A stretch of DNA of 48,378 bases from Bacillota bacterium (GCA_023429685.1 JAEZDF010000045.1:1-48378), one strand, 5' to 3'. Shown: positions 9,206 through 19,034, counted from the stretch's first letter. Notes: generated by a model from the letters alone, not told the origin. Translations and numbers: made by a program.

Positions 9206-10657
9206 TTATTGCTTCGCGTCGCGCGCGGCAATGAGCTTTTTTACAATTTCGTGCTCGTCAAACGATACGGTGCCAAAGCTGAGCACCTGATAGTCCTCAT
9301 GCCCTTTGCCGCACAGCACAATCACATCATCCTGCTGCGCATTGTCTATCGCCCACCGAATCGCCTCGTAGCGATCCACAATAACCGTATACTCTGCACC
9401 CGTCCCCTTAAACCCGGGAAGGGCGTCGTCAATAATCTGAGAGGGGTCTTCGCTACGCGGATTGTCGGAGGTTAGGATGGCAAAATCGCAGTTTTGGCCC
9501 ACCGCGCGGGTCATCTTGGTGCGTTTGGTTCGGTCGCGGTTCCCCGCACAGCCAAACAGTGCCACCACCCGTTTGGGGGCGAACTCGCGCACTGCGGACA
9601 ACACCTTCTCCAGACCGTCCGGGCTATGCGCATAGTCGCAGATGATGGTAAAATCCTTACCCGCGTACAGTACCTCCGCCCTGCCTTTAACCCCTGTGCA
9701 GCGGTTTAGCCCCTGCACGACCACCGATGCGTCAAGACCCAGCGAAACCATACAGGTAGCCGCCGCCATCGCATTGGAGACCGAGAAAGCCCCCGGCATG
9801 CAGAAGGCGACCCGCTCGATAATCCCCTTGCCGACGAATGCAAAGTTTACGCCGCTGCTGTGTTTTTCTACGCTTTTTGCGGTGTAATCCGCCATATCGT
9901 CATCCGCCGAATAGCTTACCGCTTTACACGGAATCTCTTTGAGCAGGCGTTTGCCGTATTCGTCATCGAGATTGATAATGCCGACCTTACAGCTGTCAAA
10001 CAGCTTCTTTTTTGCGTTGTAGTAGTTCTCCATCGTCAGATGATAATCCAGATGATCCTGCGTCAGGTTGGTGAATACGCCAGCCTCGAACATACAGCCG
10101 TCAAGACGGTGCTGGTCAAGCGCATGAGAGGACGCCTCCATCACAACATACTCGCAGCCTGCCGCCACCATGCGTCCAAATAACGCGTGCAGCTCGGCAG
10201 GGTCCGGGGTGGTGTGCTTTGCGGGCAGAACCATGTCGGCTATCTCTACATGAATGGTGCCGATAAGCCCGGTTTTTTTGCCCGCCGATTCTAATATCTG
10301 CTTGAGCAGATAGGTAATGGTCGTTTTACCGTTGGTGCCTGTTACGGCTATGAGCTTTAACTTACTGGCGGGGTTGCCGCTCATCTCTGCACACAACAAC
10401 GCGTATGCGGCTCGTGTGTTCGGTACGATAATTTGGCGGTCAAGCCCCAAATCGCGCTCAGCAATTACCGCAACTGCACCCTGCTTGATTGCCGCCTCGG
10501 CATAATCGTGTCCGTCAAACTTTTCTCCCTTAATCGCCACAAACAGGGTGTTTGCTGCCACCTTACGGGAATCTCCTGTGACTAGAGATATCTCAGCATC
10601 GGGTATCTGTATGCCGGACAGGCAATTGACACGTCGCAAAAGCTGTGATAATTTCAT
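9206..10657 (-). CDS. murE: UDP-MurNAc-dipeptide:meso-diaminopimelate ligase
   Basis: TGTNGKTT, EASSH, DHLDYH, DYAH, DNPR (meso-DAP specificity), GKGHE. Confidence 0.97.
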   Translation of the reverse strand: MKLSQLLRRVNCLSGIQIPDAEISLVTGDSRKVAANTLFVAIKGEKFDGHDYAEAAIKQGAVAVIAERDLGLDRQIIVPNTRAAYALLCAEMSGNPASKLKLIAVTGTNGKTTITYLLKQILESAGKKTGLIGTIHVEIADMVLPAKHTTPDPAELHALFGRMVAAGCEYVVMEASSHALDQHRLDGCMFEAGVFTNLTQDHLDYHLTMENYYNAKKKLFDSCKVGIINLDDEYGKRLLKEIPCKAVSYSADDDMADYTAKSVEKHSSGVNFAFVGKGIIERVAFCMPGAFSVSNAMAAATCMVSLGLDASVVVQGLNRCTGVKGRAEVLYAGKDFTIICDYAHSPDGLEKVLSAVREFAPKRVVALFGCAGNRDRTKRTKMTRAVGQNCDFAILTSDNPRSEDPSQIIDDALPGFKGTGAEYTVIVDRYEAIRWAIDNAQQDDVIVLCGKGHEDYQVLSFGTVSFDEHEIVKKLIAARDAKQ

Positions 10658-10782
10658 TTACCCGCCTCCCTGCTACTTGTTGCGTTTGGTTATAAATGGG
10701 GTGTTATTATAGTAAAGTCGAGTATTTCATGTTTTATATCTGCATCGGAAAAGCACCCGTTACGGTGTATCCGTTGCACACC

Positions 10783-12996
10783 TTATTCTACCGCATCATC
10801 TACACCGAATACAACATCAATCACGGTGCCAAGCTCTGCCTCTATGCCAAACATGGACTGGGAAATCGCCTTTGTACCCACCTGATTGCTTCCGCCGCCT
10901 ACAATACGGATGTTAAAGCCGGCATTCGTTAAGGTTTTGTTTGCCTGCTGTGCAGAAAGCCCGATCACGCTCGGCACGGTGGAGGTTTTGGGATTTTGCG
11001 ACACGGTGTATAGAATGACCTTTCCGCCCCTGGGGATGGGCTGACCGGCAAGTGGGTACTGCTTGATGACCGTTTCGCCGTTGCCCACAATCTCGGACTG
11101 CAACCCAAGCTTATTGAGCGCCGAGGTCGCTTCGTGCGGCTTAACGCCTACGACATTTCCTGTTGACACATCCATTTTTTCCAGCTCCTCGGCGGTGTAT
11201 GCCGGTTCAATGCCGAGGTAGGTTAAGGTCTCGGAGATAATCGCGCCCGCAACGGGGGCAGCGATGGTGGAGCCGTACGCGTTGGAATCCGCCGGTTCGT
11301 CAAGAATGACCATAACCGCTATCTGAGGGTCATCGGCGGGTGCAAAGCCAAGGAACGAGAGCACGTGCTCTTTGACGCCCGTCGTGCTCTGCTTATCGAG
11401 CTTTTCGGAGGTACCTGTCTTGCCGCCGATGCGGTAACCCTTTATGTAAGCACTGCGTCCGCTTCCCTCGCTGACGACCTTTTCGAGCATAAGCGCAAGT
11501 TCGGCGGAAACCTGTTTAGAGATGGCCTGCCGCTTCACGGTTGGCTCTATGTTTTCTATGATGTTCTTATCCGAATCGATAATCTGCTTCACTACGTGGG
11601 GTTCATACAGGTACCCGCCGTTGATGGAAGCGGCAATCGCCGTAATCATCTGCACCGGTGTGACCTTAAAGCTTTGACCGAAGGATGCAACCGCAAGGGT
11701 GTCCGGCTCTTTTTGCAGCACTGCAAGCGAGTGATAGATACCGCCTGTTTCGCCTGGGAGATCAATGCCTGTTGGCTCATTGAACCCAAACGCTTTATAA
11801 TACTGCGCGGTGCGTTCCGGCCCAAGCGCAAGCCCAACCGCCATAAACACGGGGTTGCACGAATTTTTTATACCGTCCACAAAGTTTTGCGCACCATGAC
11901 CCGCATGCTTCCAACAGCCGATGGAACGACCATTGACCGTAAGGGAGCCGTTGCAATAGAATGAACTACCAGCGTTAACAGCGCCCTCTTCCAGCGCGGA
12001 TGCCGCCGTAATAATCTTATAAACCGAGCCCGGCTCATAGGTATCGGAGATTGCCTTGTTTCGCCACTGTGCCTCTCGTGCCGTTTGCAGCTGCAAGACC
12101 CGTTCGTCCTTATCCTCAATCTGGTTGATTAGGGCGGCAAGCTCTTCGTTTTCAATCGTAAACGGGTCGTTGGGGTCGTAGTCCGGCTCGGTGTCCATCG
12201 CAAGCACCTCTCCGGTAGTCACATCCATGACAATGGCGGTTGCGCGGTTCTTTACCCCGTACTCAATTACGGCGGTTTCAAGGTTTTTTTCGACGATATG
12301 CTGAATAACCTCGTCTATGGTCAGCACAAGGGAATATCCGTCCTGTGCGTCGTTGCGAGACTCATATTCAACGGGCATATCCTTGCCAAGTGCATTCTTA
12401 ATGGATACGATCTTGCCGTCTACACCCTTCAGGTAACGCTCGTAGTAGCTTTCAAGACCGTTAAGACCCTGATGGTCGTCGCCGGTAAAACCAAGGATGG
12501 TGGCAGCAAAATCGCCGTAAGGATAGTACCGCTTGTAATCCTCATTAAGCACAATACCAGTAATCTTATTCTCGCTAATAAATGCACGAATAGCGTCGGC
12601 TTCGGCTTGCTCTACGCGACGCTTAATCAGTTCATAATAGTTCTTTTTTTTAGACTTTTCTAGTACCCGCTGCTCATCTACCTGAAGTAGTTCAGACAGC
12701 TTTTTTGCGATTATCTCGCGCTGATCTTCTTTTATGTTGGTGGGGTTTAAGCTAACCTCCCACACGCTTGCGCTCATTGCGAGCACATTCAGATTGCGGT
12801 CATAAATGGTACCGCGTTTTGCTTTAACGGTTGTCTCACGCAGCTGCTGATTGATTGCCTTTTGCTGATACGGCTCGCTTTCCACCAGCTGAAGAAAGAT
12901 AAGGCGTCCGATTAAAACCATAAAACAGATTACCGTCATGAAGACGACGACAATCAGCATCTTCTTTATCATCGCGTTACTTGGCCCCGCCGGCAT
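10783..12996 (-). CDS. spoVD: Class B penicillin-binding protein, SpoVD/FtsI type, with two PASTA domains
   Basis: RGTIYDRN, SxxK (GSVYK), SxN (SCN), KTGT, and SpoVD-like CW..GHG..SCN Cys pair. ATG 12996 with AAGGGGG RBS. Confidence 0.85.
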   Translation of the reverse strand: MPAGPSNAMIKKMLIVVVFMTVICFMVLIGRLIFLQLVESEPYQQKAINQQLRETTVKAKRGTIYDRNLNVLAMSASVWEVSLNPTNIKEDQREIIAKKLSELLQVDEQRVLEKSKKKNYYELIKRRVEQAEADAIRAFISENKITGIVLNEDYKRYYPYGDFAATILGFTGDDHQGLNGLESYYERYLKGVDGKIVSIKNALGKDMPVEYESRNDAQDGYSLVLTIDEVIQHIVEKNLETAVIEYGVKNRATAIVMDVTTGEVLAMDTEPDYDPNDPFTIENEELAALINQIEDKDERVLQLQTAREAQWRNKAISDTYEPGSVYKIITAASALEEGAVNAGSSFYCNGSLTVNGRSIGCWKHAGHGAQNFVDGIKNSCNPVFMAVGLALGPERTAQYYKAFGFNEPTGIDLPGETGGIYHSLAVLQKEPDTLAVASFGQSFKVTPVQMITAIAASINGGYLYEPHVVKQIIDSDKNIIENIEPTVKRQAISKQVSAELALMLEKVVSEGSGRSAYIKGYRIGGKTGTSEKLDKQSTTGVKEHVLSFLGFAPADDPQIAVMVILDEPADSNAYGSTIAAPVAGAIISETLTYLGIEPAYTAEELEKMDVSTGNVVGVKPHEATSALNKLGLQSEIVGNGETVIKQYPLAGQPIPRGGKVILYTVSQNPKTSTVPSVIGLSAQQANKTLTNAGFNIRIVGGGSNQVGTKAISQSMFGIEAELGTVIDVVFGVDDAVE

Positions 12997-13091
12997 TGCT
13001 TCGCCCCCTTCGTTCACGCCGAGTTGCGCGACATACCAAACTGCAACAGTACGATATGCTTATGTAAAACCATTTAAATTGTATTTGCGTT

Positions 13092-13571
13092 TTAGTTTAT
13101 GTATTCCACCAAACGATAAAACAGCTCGTTGATATTGGGAATACTCATACTTTGGCGCGACTGAACTTGATTCGCTTCAATTTTATCGTCACCGGAAAGG
13201 GTAATGTAGTTGATCTGGTACTTTTCTGCTCGGCTTAGCCCAAGCGTACCGGCTGCATATGCCTCGATGCTTTTGATTGAGACCTTGCTGTCCAGCTGAA
13301 CATTCAGCCTTGTGTTCTCGTTTTGCAGCTGTTCAAGCTTTGCCTTTGCGACACCGATGTCTTGCACCGCTTCGGTAAGTGCTACACGGCTATAGATGCC
13401 CGCGCACAAAACAAGCCCGACAAAAATGCCTACACAAATACGCCCAAGCACCACAACACCTGTACGCAGACGAGATTTCGGTAGCGCTTTGGGAAGCTGC
13501 TTGGGTACCGCTTTTTCCTTGCGCTCCCTGTTTTCAAACAATGAAAGGTCATATGCGAGATTATCCGCCAC
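13092..13571 (-). CDS. ftsL: FtsL-like cell division protein
   Basis: Single TM followed by a leucine coiled coil; between rsmH and the PBP. GTG at 13571 preferred from RBS spacing (alternative 13580). Confidence 0.7.
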   Translation of the reverse strand: MADNLAYDLSLFENRERKEKAVPKQLPKALPKSRLRTGVVVLGRICVGIFVGLVLCAGIYSRVALTEAVQDIGVAKAKLEQLQNENTRLNVQLDSKVSIKSIEAYAAGTLGLSRAEKYQINYITLSGDDKIEANQVQSRQSMSIPNINELFYRLVEYIN

Positions 13572-13601
13572 GGTACTCACCCCTGCTTTATTTGTTGCTG
13601 A

Positions 13602-14525
13602 TTATATCTTTTCTATGACCCTGAGCTTTGCGCTTCTGCTGCGGGCATTTTGCGTTACCTCATCTTGCGAAGGCTCTATCGGCTTCTTGTTTACCAGCCT
13701 GCCCACGGGAACCTTGCCGCACACACAGATCGGGAACTCCGGCGGGCAGGTGCAGCCCTTGCAGTGTGCTGCGAAGCTGCGCTTGGTAATGCGATCCTCG
13801 AGCGAGTGAAAGGTGATGACACACAGTCTGCCGCCCGGCTTAAGCAGGTCGAAGGCGTCGTTTAGCGCCCTGTCAAGCAGCTCCAGCTCACCGTTTACGG
13901 CAATGCGTAGTGCTTGAAAGGTGCGGCGGGCGGGATGCGCATCGCGCATTGCCGCCGCGGGCAGTGCACTTTTTATCACATCCACAAGCTCAAAAGTTGT
14001 GGTAATTGGCGTTTGCTGTCTTGCGGAAACGATTGCCTGTGCAATCTTGCGGGAAAACTTTTCTTCCCCGTACTCCCATAAAATCCTTGCGATTTCCTGC
14101 GCGGTAGCGGTGTTTACAAGCTCCTGCGCGCTTAAACCCTGCGCACTCATGCGCATATCCAAAGGACCGTCCTGGCGGTATGAAAAGCCACGGTCCGCCG
14201 TATCAAGCTGATAGGAAGAAACGCCTAAGTCAAGCAGCATCCCGTCAATGCGGTCGATCTCAAGATCTGCTAGTACGTCTTTCGTCTCGGAAAAATCCGC
14301 CCGCACCACCTGTGCGCACGGGTACGGCGCAAGACGCAGTGTAGCGGTCTGTACCGCGTCGGGGTCTTTATCGATAGCAATCAGCCGTCCCGTCGTCAGG
14401 CGACTTGCAATCTGTGTGCTGTGCCCCGCACCACCGGCGGTGCCGTCCACATACGTTCCGTCCGGCTTAATGGCAAGCGCCTCTATGCATTCGCTTAGCA
14501 GTACCGAGATGTGTGTAAAGTCCAA
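13602..14525 (-). CDS. rsmH: 16S rRNA m4C1402 methyltransferase
   Basis: HISVLL, DGTAGGAGH, DLGVSSYQLD, FQALRIAVN, FHSLEDR, RSRSAKLR. Confidence 0.97.
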   Translation of the reverse strand: MDFTHISVLLSECIEALAIKPDGTYVDGTAGGAGHSTQIASRLTTGRLIAIDKDPDAVQTATLRLAPYPCAQVVRADFSETKDVLADLEIDRIDGMLLDLGVSSYQLDTADRGFSYRQDGPLDMRMSAQGLSAQELVNTATAQEIARILWEYGEEKFSRKIAQAIVSARQQTPITTTFELVDVIKSALPAAAMRDAHPARRTFQALRIAVNGELELLDRALNDAFDLLKPGGRLCVITFHSLEDRITKRSFAAHCKGCTCPPEFPICVCGKVPVGRLVNKKPIEPSQDEVTQNARSRSAKLRVIEKI

Positions 14526-14566
14526 AACGAAAGCGCCCCCTTATATCCAAATCGGCGGTAGCTTAA

Positions 14567-14986
14567 TCAGAAGCCCAGCTCGTCCATAATGTTTTTAATG
14601 CTGTCTGCGGTCAGCACGGCATTCTGCTCGTCCCACTTTGCCTTATCCCAGATTTCGGCTCTGACCGAAGCACCGATAATCATGATGTCCTTTTCAAGCC
14701 CCGCAAACTGCCTAAGGGAAGGCGGTATTAACACTCGACCGTTTTTATCGACCTCCGCCTCGCACGCACCCGAGAAGAAGAATCGTTGCAACGCACTAGC
14801 TTTTGAAAACGGCAACGCGTTAATCTTATCCTGCAATACCTTCCACTGGTCCAGAGGATAAACAAACAGACAATCGCCTGTTCCTTTGGCAATGATAAAA
14901 CGCTCGCTTAGGTCGACCCGAAGCTTGGACGGAAATACCACGCGGCCCTTGGGGTCAAGGGTGTGCGCAAATTCGCCCATCAGCAT
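14567..14986 (-). CDS. mraZ: Transcriptional regulator MraZ
   Basis: Two DxKGR-type repeats (LDPKGRV, VDKNGRV). ATG 14986 with AGGTGG RBS. Confidence 0.96.
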   Translation of the reverse strand: MLMGEFAHTLDPKGRVVFPSKLRVDLSERFIIAKGTGDCLFVYPLDQWKVLQDKINALPFSKASALQRFFFSGACEAEVDKNGRVLIPPSLRQFAGLEKDIMIIGASVRAEIWDKAKWDEQNAVLTADSIKNIMDELGF

Positions 14987-15060
14987 TTTTACCACCACCT
15001 TTATTATGAGTTTGAAAACGACAAACCATTCTGACAAATATGAAATGTAGGTTTTTTAAC

Positions 15061-15100
15061 CCACTTTAAACCACAGCAAACCACTATGAACCACTTTTCT
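15061..15100 (-). promoter_or_regulatory. MraZ-binding repeats (4 x GTGG, 10-bp period)
   Basis: CCAC at 15061, 15071, 15081 and 15091, just downstream of the -10; matches known MraZ operator architecture. Confidence 0.85.
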
Positions 15101-15103
15101 ATC

Positions 15104-15132
15104 ATTATACCGATGAATTATGTAAAATGCAA
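15104..15132 (-). promoter_or_regulatory. sigA promoter of the dcw operon
   Basis: TTGCAT-N17-TATAAT. Confidence 0.75.
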
Positions 15133-15315
15133 GTGCCTTCATGCAATATCCTAATTCTACGGTAAGGATTATCACTCTGCACAAAAACAATACCAGTTAT
15201 TACATATTTTTGATAACCTCTTCGTCGAATCAAAACAGTAAAAAATGTGGCAATTATGCCGAAATTCGGTCACAAATCGCGTACATATGTTCTTTTGGTT
15301 CTTGTTAACATAAAT

Positions 15316-15363
15316 AACCGCCTGTGCCCCATGCAGATGCTGCATTTCGGGGTACAGGCGGTT
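15316..15363 (-). terminator. Terminator-like hairpin after the rsmD-coaD operon
   Basis: aaccgcctgtgcccc / ggggtacaggcggtt inverted repeat followed by an AU-rich tail. Confidence 0.6.
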
Positions 15364-15386
15364 GCGTTACAAAAGAATTATGTATA

Positions 15387-15857
15387 CTAGATATGGGTGT
15401 TTTTTGATCCTGACTTCATCTGTTGCCGTACGGTTTTCACCTTATTTAGGCTTACAGTCAGGCTTTCTTCCGCCGAACGTACGATCTCATCCACATATTC
15501 GGTGGTAAGTTGGCGTATCTCGCGGGATTTTTGCTGTGAGCTTGTTAATATCTCCTGCGCACGCTCCTGCGCTTGTCGGGTAATCTCATTTGCCGCTACC
15601 ATGGCACGCGCACGCTCCTCGGCGCGGACAACAATCGCCTCTGCCTCCCGCTTTGCCTCGCTGATAATCTCGGCACGGTCGGATACAATCGCCTTCGCCT
15701 GCTTAATCTCGTTGGGCAGCGACAGTCGCACATCGTCCATCAGCTCGCGCAGGCGAACAACGTCTATAACGCATCGCCCACCCGAAAGAGGCATTGCCCA
15801 TGAGGTGTCGATCAGCTCATCCATCAAGTCAAGGGCTTCGTCAATGTTCATCGTCAT
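15387..15857 (-). CDS. SepIVA-like coiled-coil protein (often annotated as ATPase subunit H/b-like hypothetical)
   Basis: N-terminal EALD...MPLSGGRCVID..LRELMDDVRLSLPNE..A pattern resembles actinobacterial SepIVA from recall; long coiled coil; typical position after rsmD-coaD. Confidence 0.6.
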   Translation of the reverse strand: MTMNIDEALDLMDELIDTSWAMPLSGGRCVIDVVRLRELMDDVRLSLPNEIKQAKAIVSDRAEIISEAKREAEAIVVRAEERARAMVAANEITRQAQERAQEILTSSQQKSREIRQLTTEYVDEIVRSAEESLTVSLNKVKTVRQQMKSGSKNTHI

Positions 15858-15904
15858 ATGGTAAAAGCCTCCCTAATCAGCGAAATCAAAATAGTACGGT
15901 GCAG

Positions 15905-16390
15905 CTATTCGTCCCCGTAAAGTCGGTCGCGAATCTGGTCGAGTATCGACGCAGGTACAAAATCCGAGATGTTGCCGCCAAAGCTTGCAACCTGCTTTAC
16001 AATGCTGGAGCTTAGGTACATATTCTCCATACTGGTTGGCACAAACACCGTCTCGGCCTCGGGGTACAGCTTTTTGTTTAAAAGAGCCATCTGGAACTCG
16101 TACTCAAAGTCCGATACCGCACGCAGCCCTTTTACGATGGCGCATGCGCCCTGCTGTTTTGCATAATCGGCGAGTAGCCCTTCAAACGTATCCACTCGCA
16201 CGTTGGACAGATGGCTTGTTATCTTTTGTATCATGTCCATGCGCTCGCGGGTGGTAAAGATCGGGTTTTTGGCGGGGTTGTGAACCACCAAAACAATAAC
16301 CTGATCAAACAGCCCCGAGGCACGCGTTATAATATCAAGATGTCCTTTGGTGACGGGGTCAAAACTACCGGGACAGATGGCGAGCTTCAT
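15905..16390 (-). CDS. coaD: Phosphopantetheine adenylyltransferase
   Basis: PGSFDPVTKGH, KGLRAVSDFEYE, SSSIVK. Alternative start at 16396. Confidence 0.97.
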   Translation of the reverse strand: MKLAICPGSFDPVTKGHLDIITRASGLFDQVIVLVVHNPAKNPIFTTRERMDMIQKITSHLSNVRVDTFEGLLADYAKQQGACAIVKGLRAVSDFEYEFQMALLNKKLYPEAETVFVPTSMENMYLSSSIVKQVASFGGNISDFVPASILDQIRDRLYGDE

Positions 16391-16456
16391 CGTCATCATC
16401 ACACCTTTCCCGTTTGATGCCACAGCCGCGGCAAAAAACTGTCCGTAATCATGTCT

Positions 16457-17005
16457 TTAATCTTCCAAAACGGGCACTCGAAACACCTGCAGACGGGTGG
16501 TACCGTAACGGTATTCCCTCTTTACGGTGAGTTTGCCCGCCGAATCGGGAAGATCGATGCGCTTGCCTGTCTCGCACAGTAGCACACCCACATCGCTGAT
16601 GCGCGTGGCGCAGAGATTAAGTATCTCGGCAAGTCCCTCCATTGCATATGGCGGGTCTAAAAGAATAATATCAAACACATCGTGGGTGTTCTTTAAAAAT
16701 GAGGCGGCGTCCATAACTGCCACTCGCGCCTGTTGTGCAAGACCCGTCTTTGAAAGATTGGCCTTGATCAGCTCCACGTTCGTTCTTGACGAATCGATAA
16801 AAACGCAGCTTTTCGCACCGCGGCTGAGTGCCTCGATGCCGAGCTGACCAGAGCCTGCATATAAGTCGAGTACGCGCGCGCCCTCGAGCTCGAACTGAAT
16901 GATGCTGAACATTGCCTCTTTTACCCTGTCAGTCGTCGGGCGGGTATCCTGCCCTTGGGGGGATATCAGCTTGGCACCCCTTGCCTTGCCTGTAATTACT
17001 CGCAT
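16457..17005 (-). CDS. rsmD: 16S rRNA m2G966 methyltransferase
   Basis: MRVITG, RPTTDRVKEAMF, DLYAGSG, EALSRGA, DPPY. Confidence 0.95.
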   Translation of the reverse strand: MRVITGKARGAKLISPQGQDTRPTTDRVKEAMFSIIQFELEGARVLDLYAGSGQLGIEALSRGAKSCVFIDSSRTNVELIKANLSKTGLAQQARVAVMDAASFLKNTHDVFDIILLDPPYAMEGLAEILNLCATRISDVGVLLCETGKRIDLPDSAGKLTVKREYRYGTTRLQVFRVPVLED

Positions 17006-17118
17006 AATAGCTTGTCCGCGCCTTTCCGGGGTAAGCAAGTCACGCATCCCCGTGTTTAGTGTATCAAATCGCACGATGCATCAGGCACACCGGGCACTAG
17101 CAGCATAATTTCTTTTCT

Positions 17119-17147
17119 ATTATGGGTTATGTTTAAAACGATGTCAA
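17119..17147 (-). promoter_or_regulatory. sigA promoter of rsmD-coaD
   Basis: TTGACA-N17-CATAAT. Confidence 0.65.
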
Positions 17148-17192
17148 GCACGCTTTCGCAGTTGTGTATAAAAACGCCTATGGATTCCTGTA

Positions 17193-19034
17193 TTATTCTT
17201 GCGCGTGAAAGTGGTCATATACCTTTTGCGCGGTCGGTCGGGTCATGCCCGGGACCGCCGCTAACGTGTCCACATCCGCATCTTTAATGGCGCGAAGAGT
17301 CTTCATGCCCTTGAGCAGCGCCGCTGCGCGCTTGGGACCGATGCCCTCAATCTCATGTAGCGTGGACGAAAATCCGGTCTTTTTGTGCTTAAGCCGCTGA
17401 TACTCGATGGCAAAGCGGTGTACCTCGTCCTGAATGCGTGTGAGCAGCATGAACGCGTTTTTGTGCGCGGTAACAGAGATCTCGCCGCCGTCCGCCGCGA
17501 TCGCCCTTGTGCGGTGGCGGTCATCCTTGACCATGCCAAACACAGGAATGCTTAGACCGCTTGCCCTTACAATCGGGCTTACCACCGAAACATGCCCTTT
17601 GCCGCCGTCGAGCAGAATCAGGTCGGGCAGCCGTCCAAAGCCCTTGCCGCTCTCCTTTTCCTGCTCATACCGCGCTAGTCGCCGCGAGATAACCTCGCTC
17701 ATCGCGCCGTAATCGTTTTGTTCTGTTATTGTCTTAATTGAAAACCGCTTGTATGCACTGCGCAGGGGCTTTGCGTTCTCGAATACCACCATACCCGCCA
17801 CCATCGACGACGAGCCGAGGTTAGAGATATCGTACGCCTCGATGTATTCGGGCGCTTTGGAAAACCCAAGCAGCCGCGCAAGCTCGTCAAGCGCGGCAAC
17901 ATCCCTACCTATCTTGCCGCTCTGCTGCCCGATAAGCTCCGCGGCATTGGTCTTTGCCATCTCAATAAGCCGAACCTGTTCCCCTCGCTGCGGCAGGTGA
18001 ACGATGCATTTTTTGCCCGCTTGCTCGGATAAAAATCGCTCAATCAAGCTGAGGTCTTCCACCTCGCCGTCTAAGGAGACTTGACGGGGTATTTCGTTGC
18101 GCGAGGAGTAGTAGCGCACCACAAACTCACTGCGTGCAGCGGTTAACCCCTCAATCTCCCCAAGCGGAAAGCTTTGTTTATCTACCAAGCGGTGCCCGCG
18201 AAACTTGATGACCACGGCGTACGCCTGTTCGCCGCCCTGCGCAAGGGCGATTACATCCTGGTCGGGCGTACCGTTATACATGACCTTTTGGTGCTCGCCA
18301 ATCTTACGGATGCCTTCAATGCGGTCGCGCAGACGTGCGGCAAGCTCAAACTGCAGGTTTTCCGCAGCGCGCTCCATCTGTTCGGTCAAAGTCCGAATGG
18401 TTCCTGTGCTGTCGTTGCGCAAAAACGAGATTGCCTGCTGCAGCGTTTGAGTATATTCCTTTTCGGTGATGTTGCCCCTGCACACGCCCATGCATCGTTT
18501 GATATGAAAGTTTAGGCAGGGTCTTCCCTTTTTTAAGTCGTTTGGAAAGCGCCGCGCACAGGTGGGTAGGCGAAACGCGGTGTTTGCTTCCTCAACCGCC
18601 TGTGTAACGGCAAACGAGCTGACATAAGGACCGATGTAGGTTGCCCCGTCGTCCGCAATCTGCTTTGCCGCAGAGATGCGCCCCCACGTTTCGCCTGAGA
18701 TGCGGATATAATGGTAGCCCTTATCGTCTTTTAGCAGGATGTTATATTTTGGGTTGTTCTGCTTAATGAGGCTGCATTCGAGCACCAGCGCCTCGAACTC
18801 GCTATCGGTAACGATGTAATCGTAATCGTGTACCTGTGACACCATCTTCTCTACCTTTGGCAGGTGGTCCGCCCCGTTTCGGAAGTAGCTGGTCACACGC
18901 TTCTTTAGATTCTTCGCCTTGCCAATATAGATAATTTCGCCCTGATTGTTCTTCATTAAATAACAACCCGGCGATGCGGTTAACGTTTTTGTTTTTTCGC
19001 GCAGAAACGGAAGTCTTTGATTATCCACCGTCAA
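17193..19034 (-). CDS. uvrC: Excinuclease ABC subunit C
   Basis: GIY-YIG region (PGCYL..IYIGKAKNL), UVR motif (FELAARLRD), DISN, DGGKG, RDEVHRFA-like, C-terminal HhH. Confidence 0.97.
   Translation of the reverse strand: MTVDNQRLPFLREKTKTLTASPGCYLMKNNQGEIIYIGKAKNLKKRVTSYFRNGADHLPKVEKMVSQVHDYDYIVTDSEFEALVLECSLIKQNNPKYNILLKDDKGYHYIRISGETWGRISAAKQIADDGATYIGPYVSSFAVTQAVEEANTAFRLPTCARRFPNDLKKGRPCLNFHIKRCMGVCRGNITEKEYTQTLQQAISFLRNDSTGTIRTLTEQMERAAENLQFELAARLRDRIEGIRKIGEHQKVMYNGTPDQDVIALAQGGEQAYAVVIKFRGHRLVDKQSFPLGEIEGLTAARSEFVVRYYSSRNEIPRQVSLDGEVEDLSLIERFLSEQAGKKCIVHLPQRGEQVRLIEMAKTNAAELIGQQSGKIGRDVAALDELARLLGFSKAPEYIEAYDISNLGSSSMVAGMVVFENAKPLRSAYKRFSIKTITEQNDYGAMSEVISRRLARYEQEKESGKGFGRLPDLILLDGGKGHVSVVSPIVRASGLSIPVFGMVKDDRHRTRAIAADGGEISVTAHKNAFMLLTRIQDEVHRFAIEYQRLKHKKTGFSSTLHEIEGIGPKRAAALLKGMKTLRAIKDADVDTLAAVPGMTRPTAQKVYDHFHAQE

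Noticed and set aside
13030..13090. sigE promoter before spoVD
   Set aside because: CATA-type -10 candidates exist, but -35 spacing and match are poor; not supportable.
15061..15100. 10-bp periodic repeats as a mini-CRISPR or iterons
   Set aside because: Too short, no spacers, cas or rep genes; explained as the MraZ operator.
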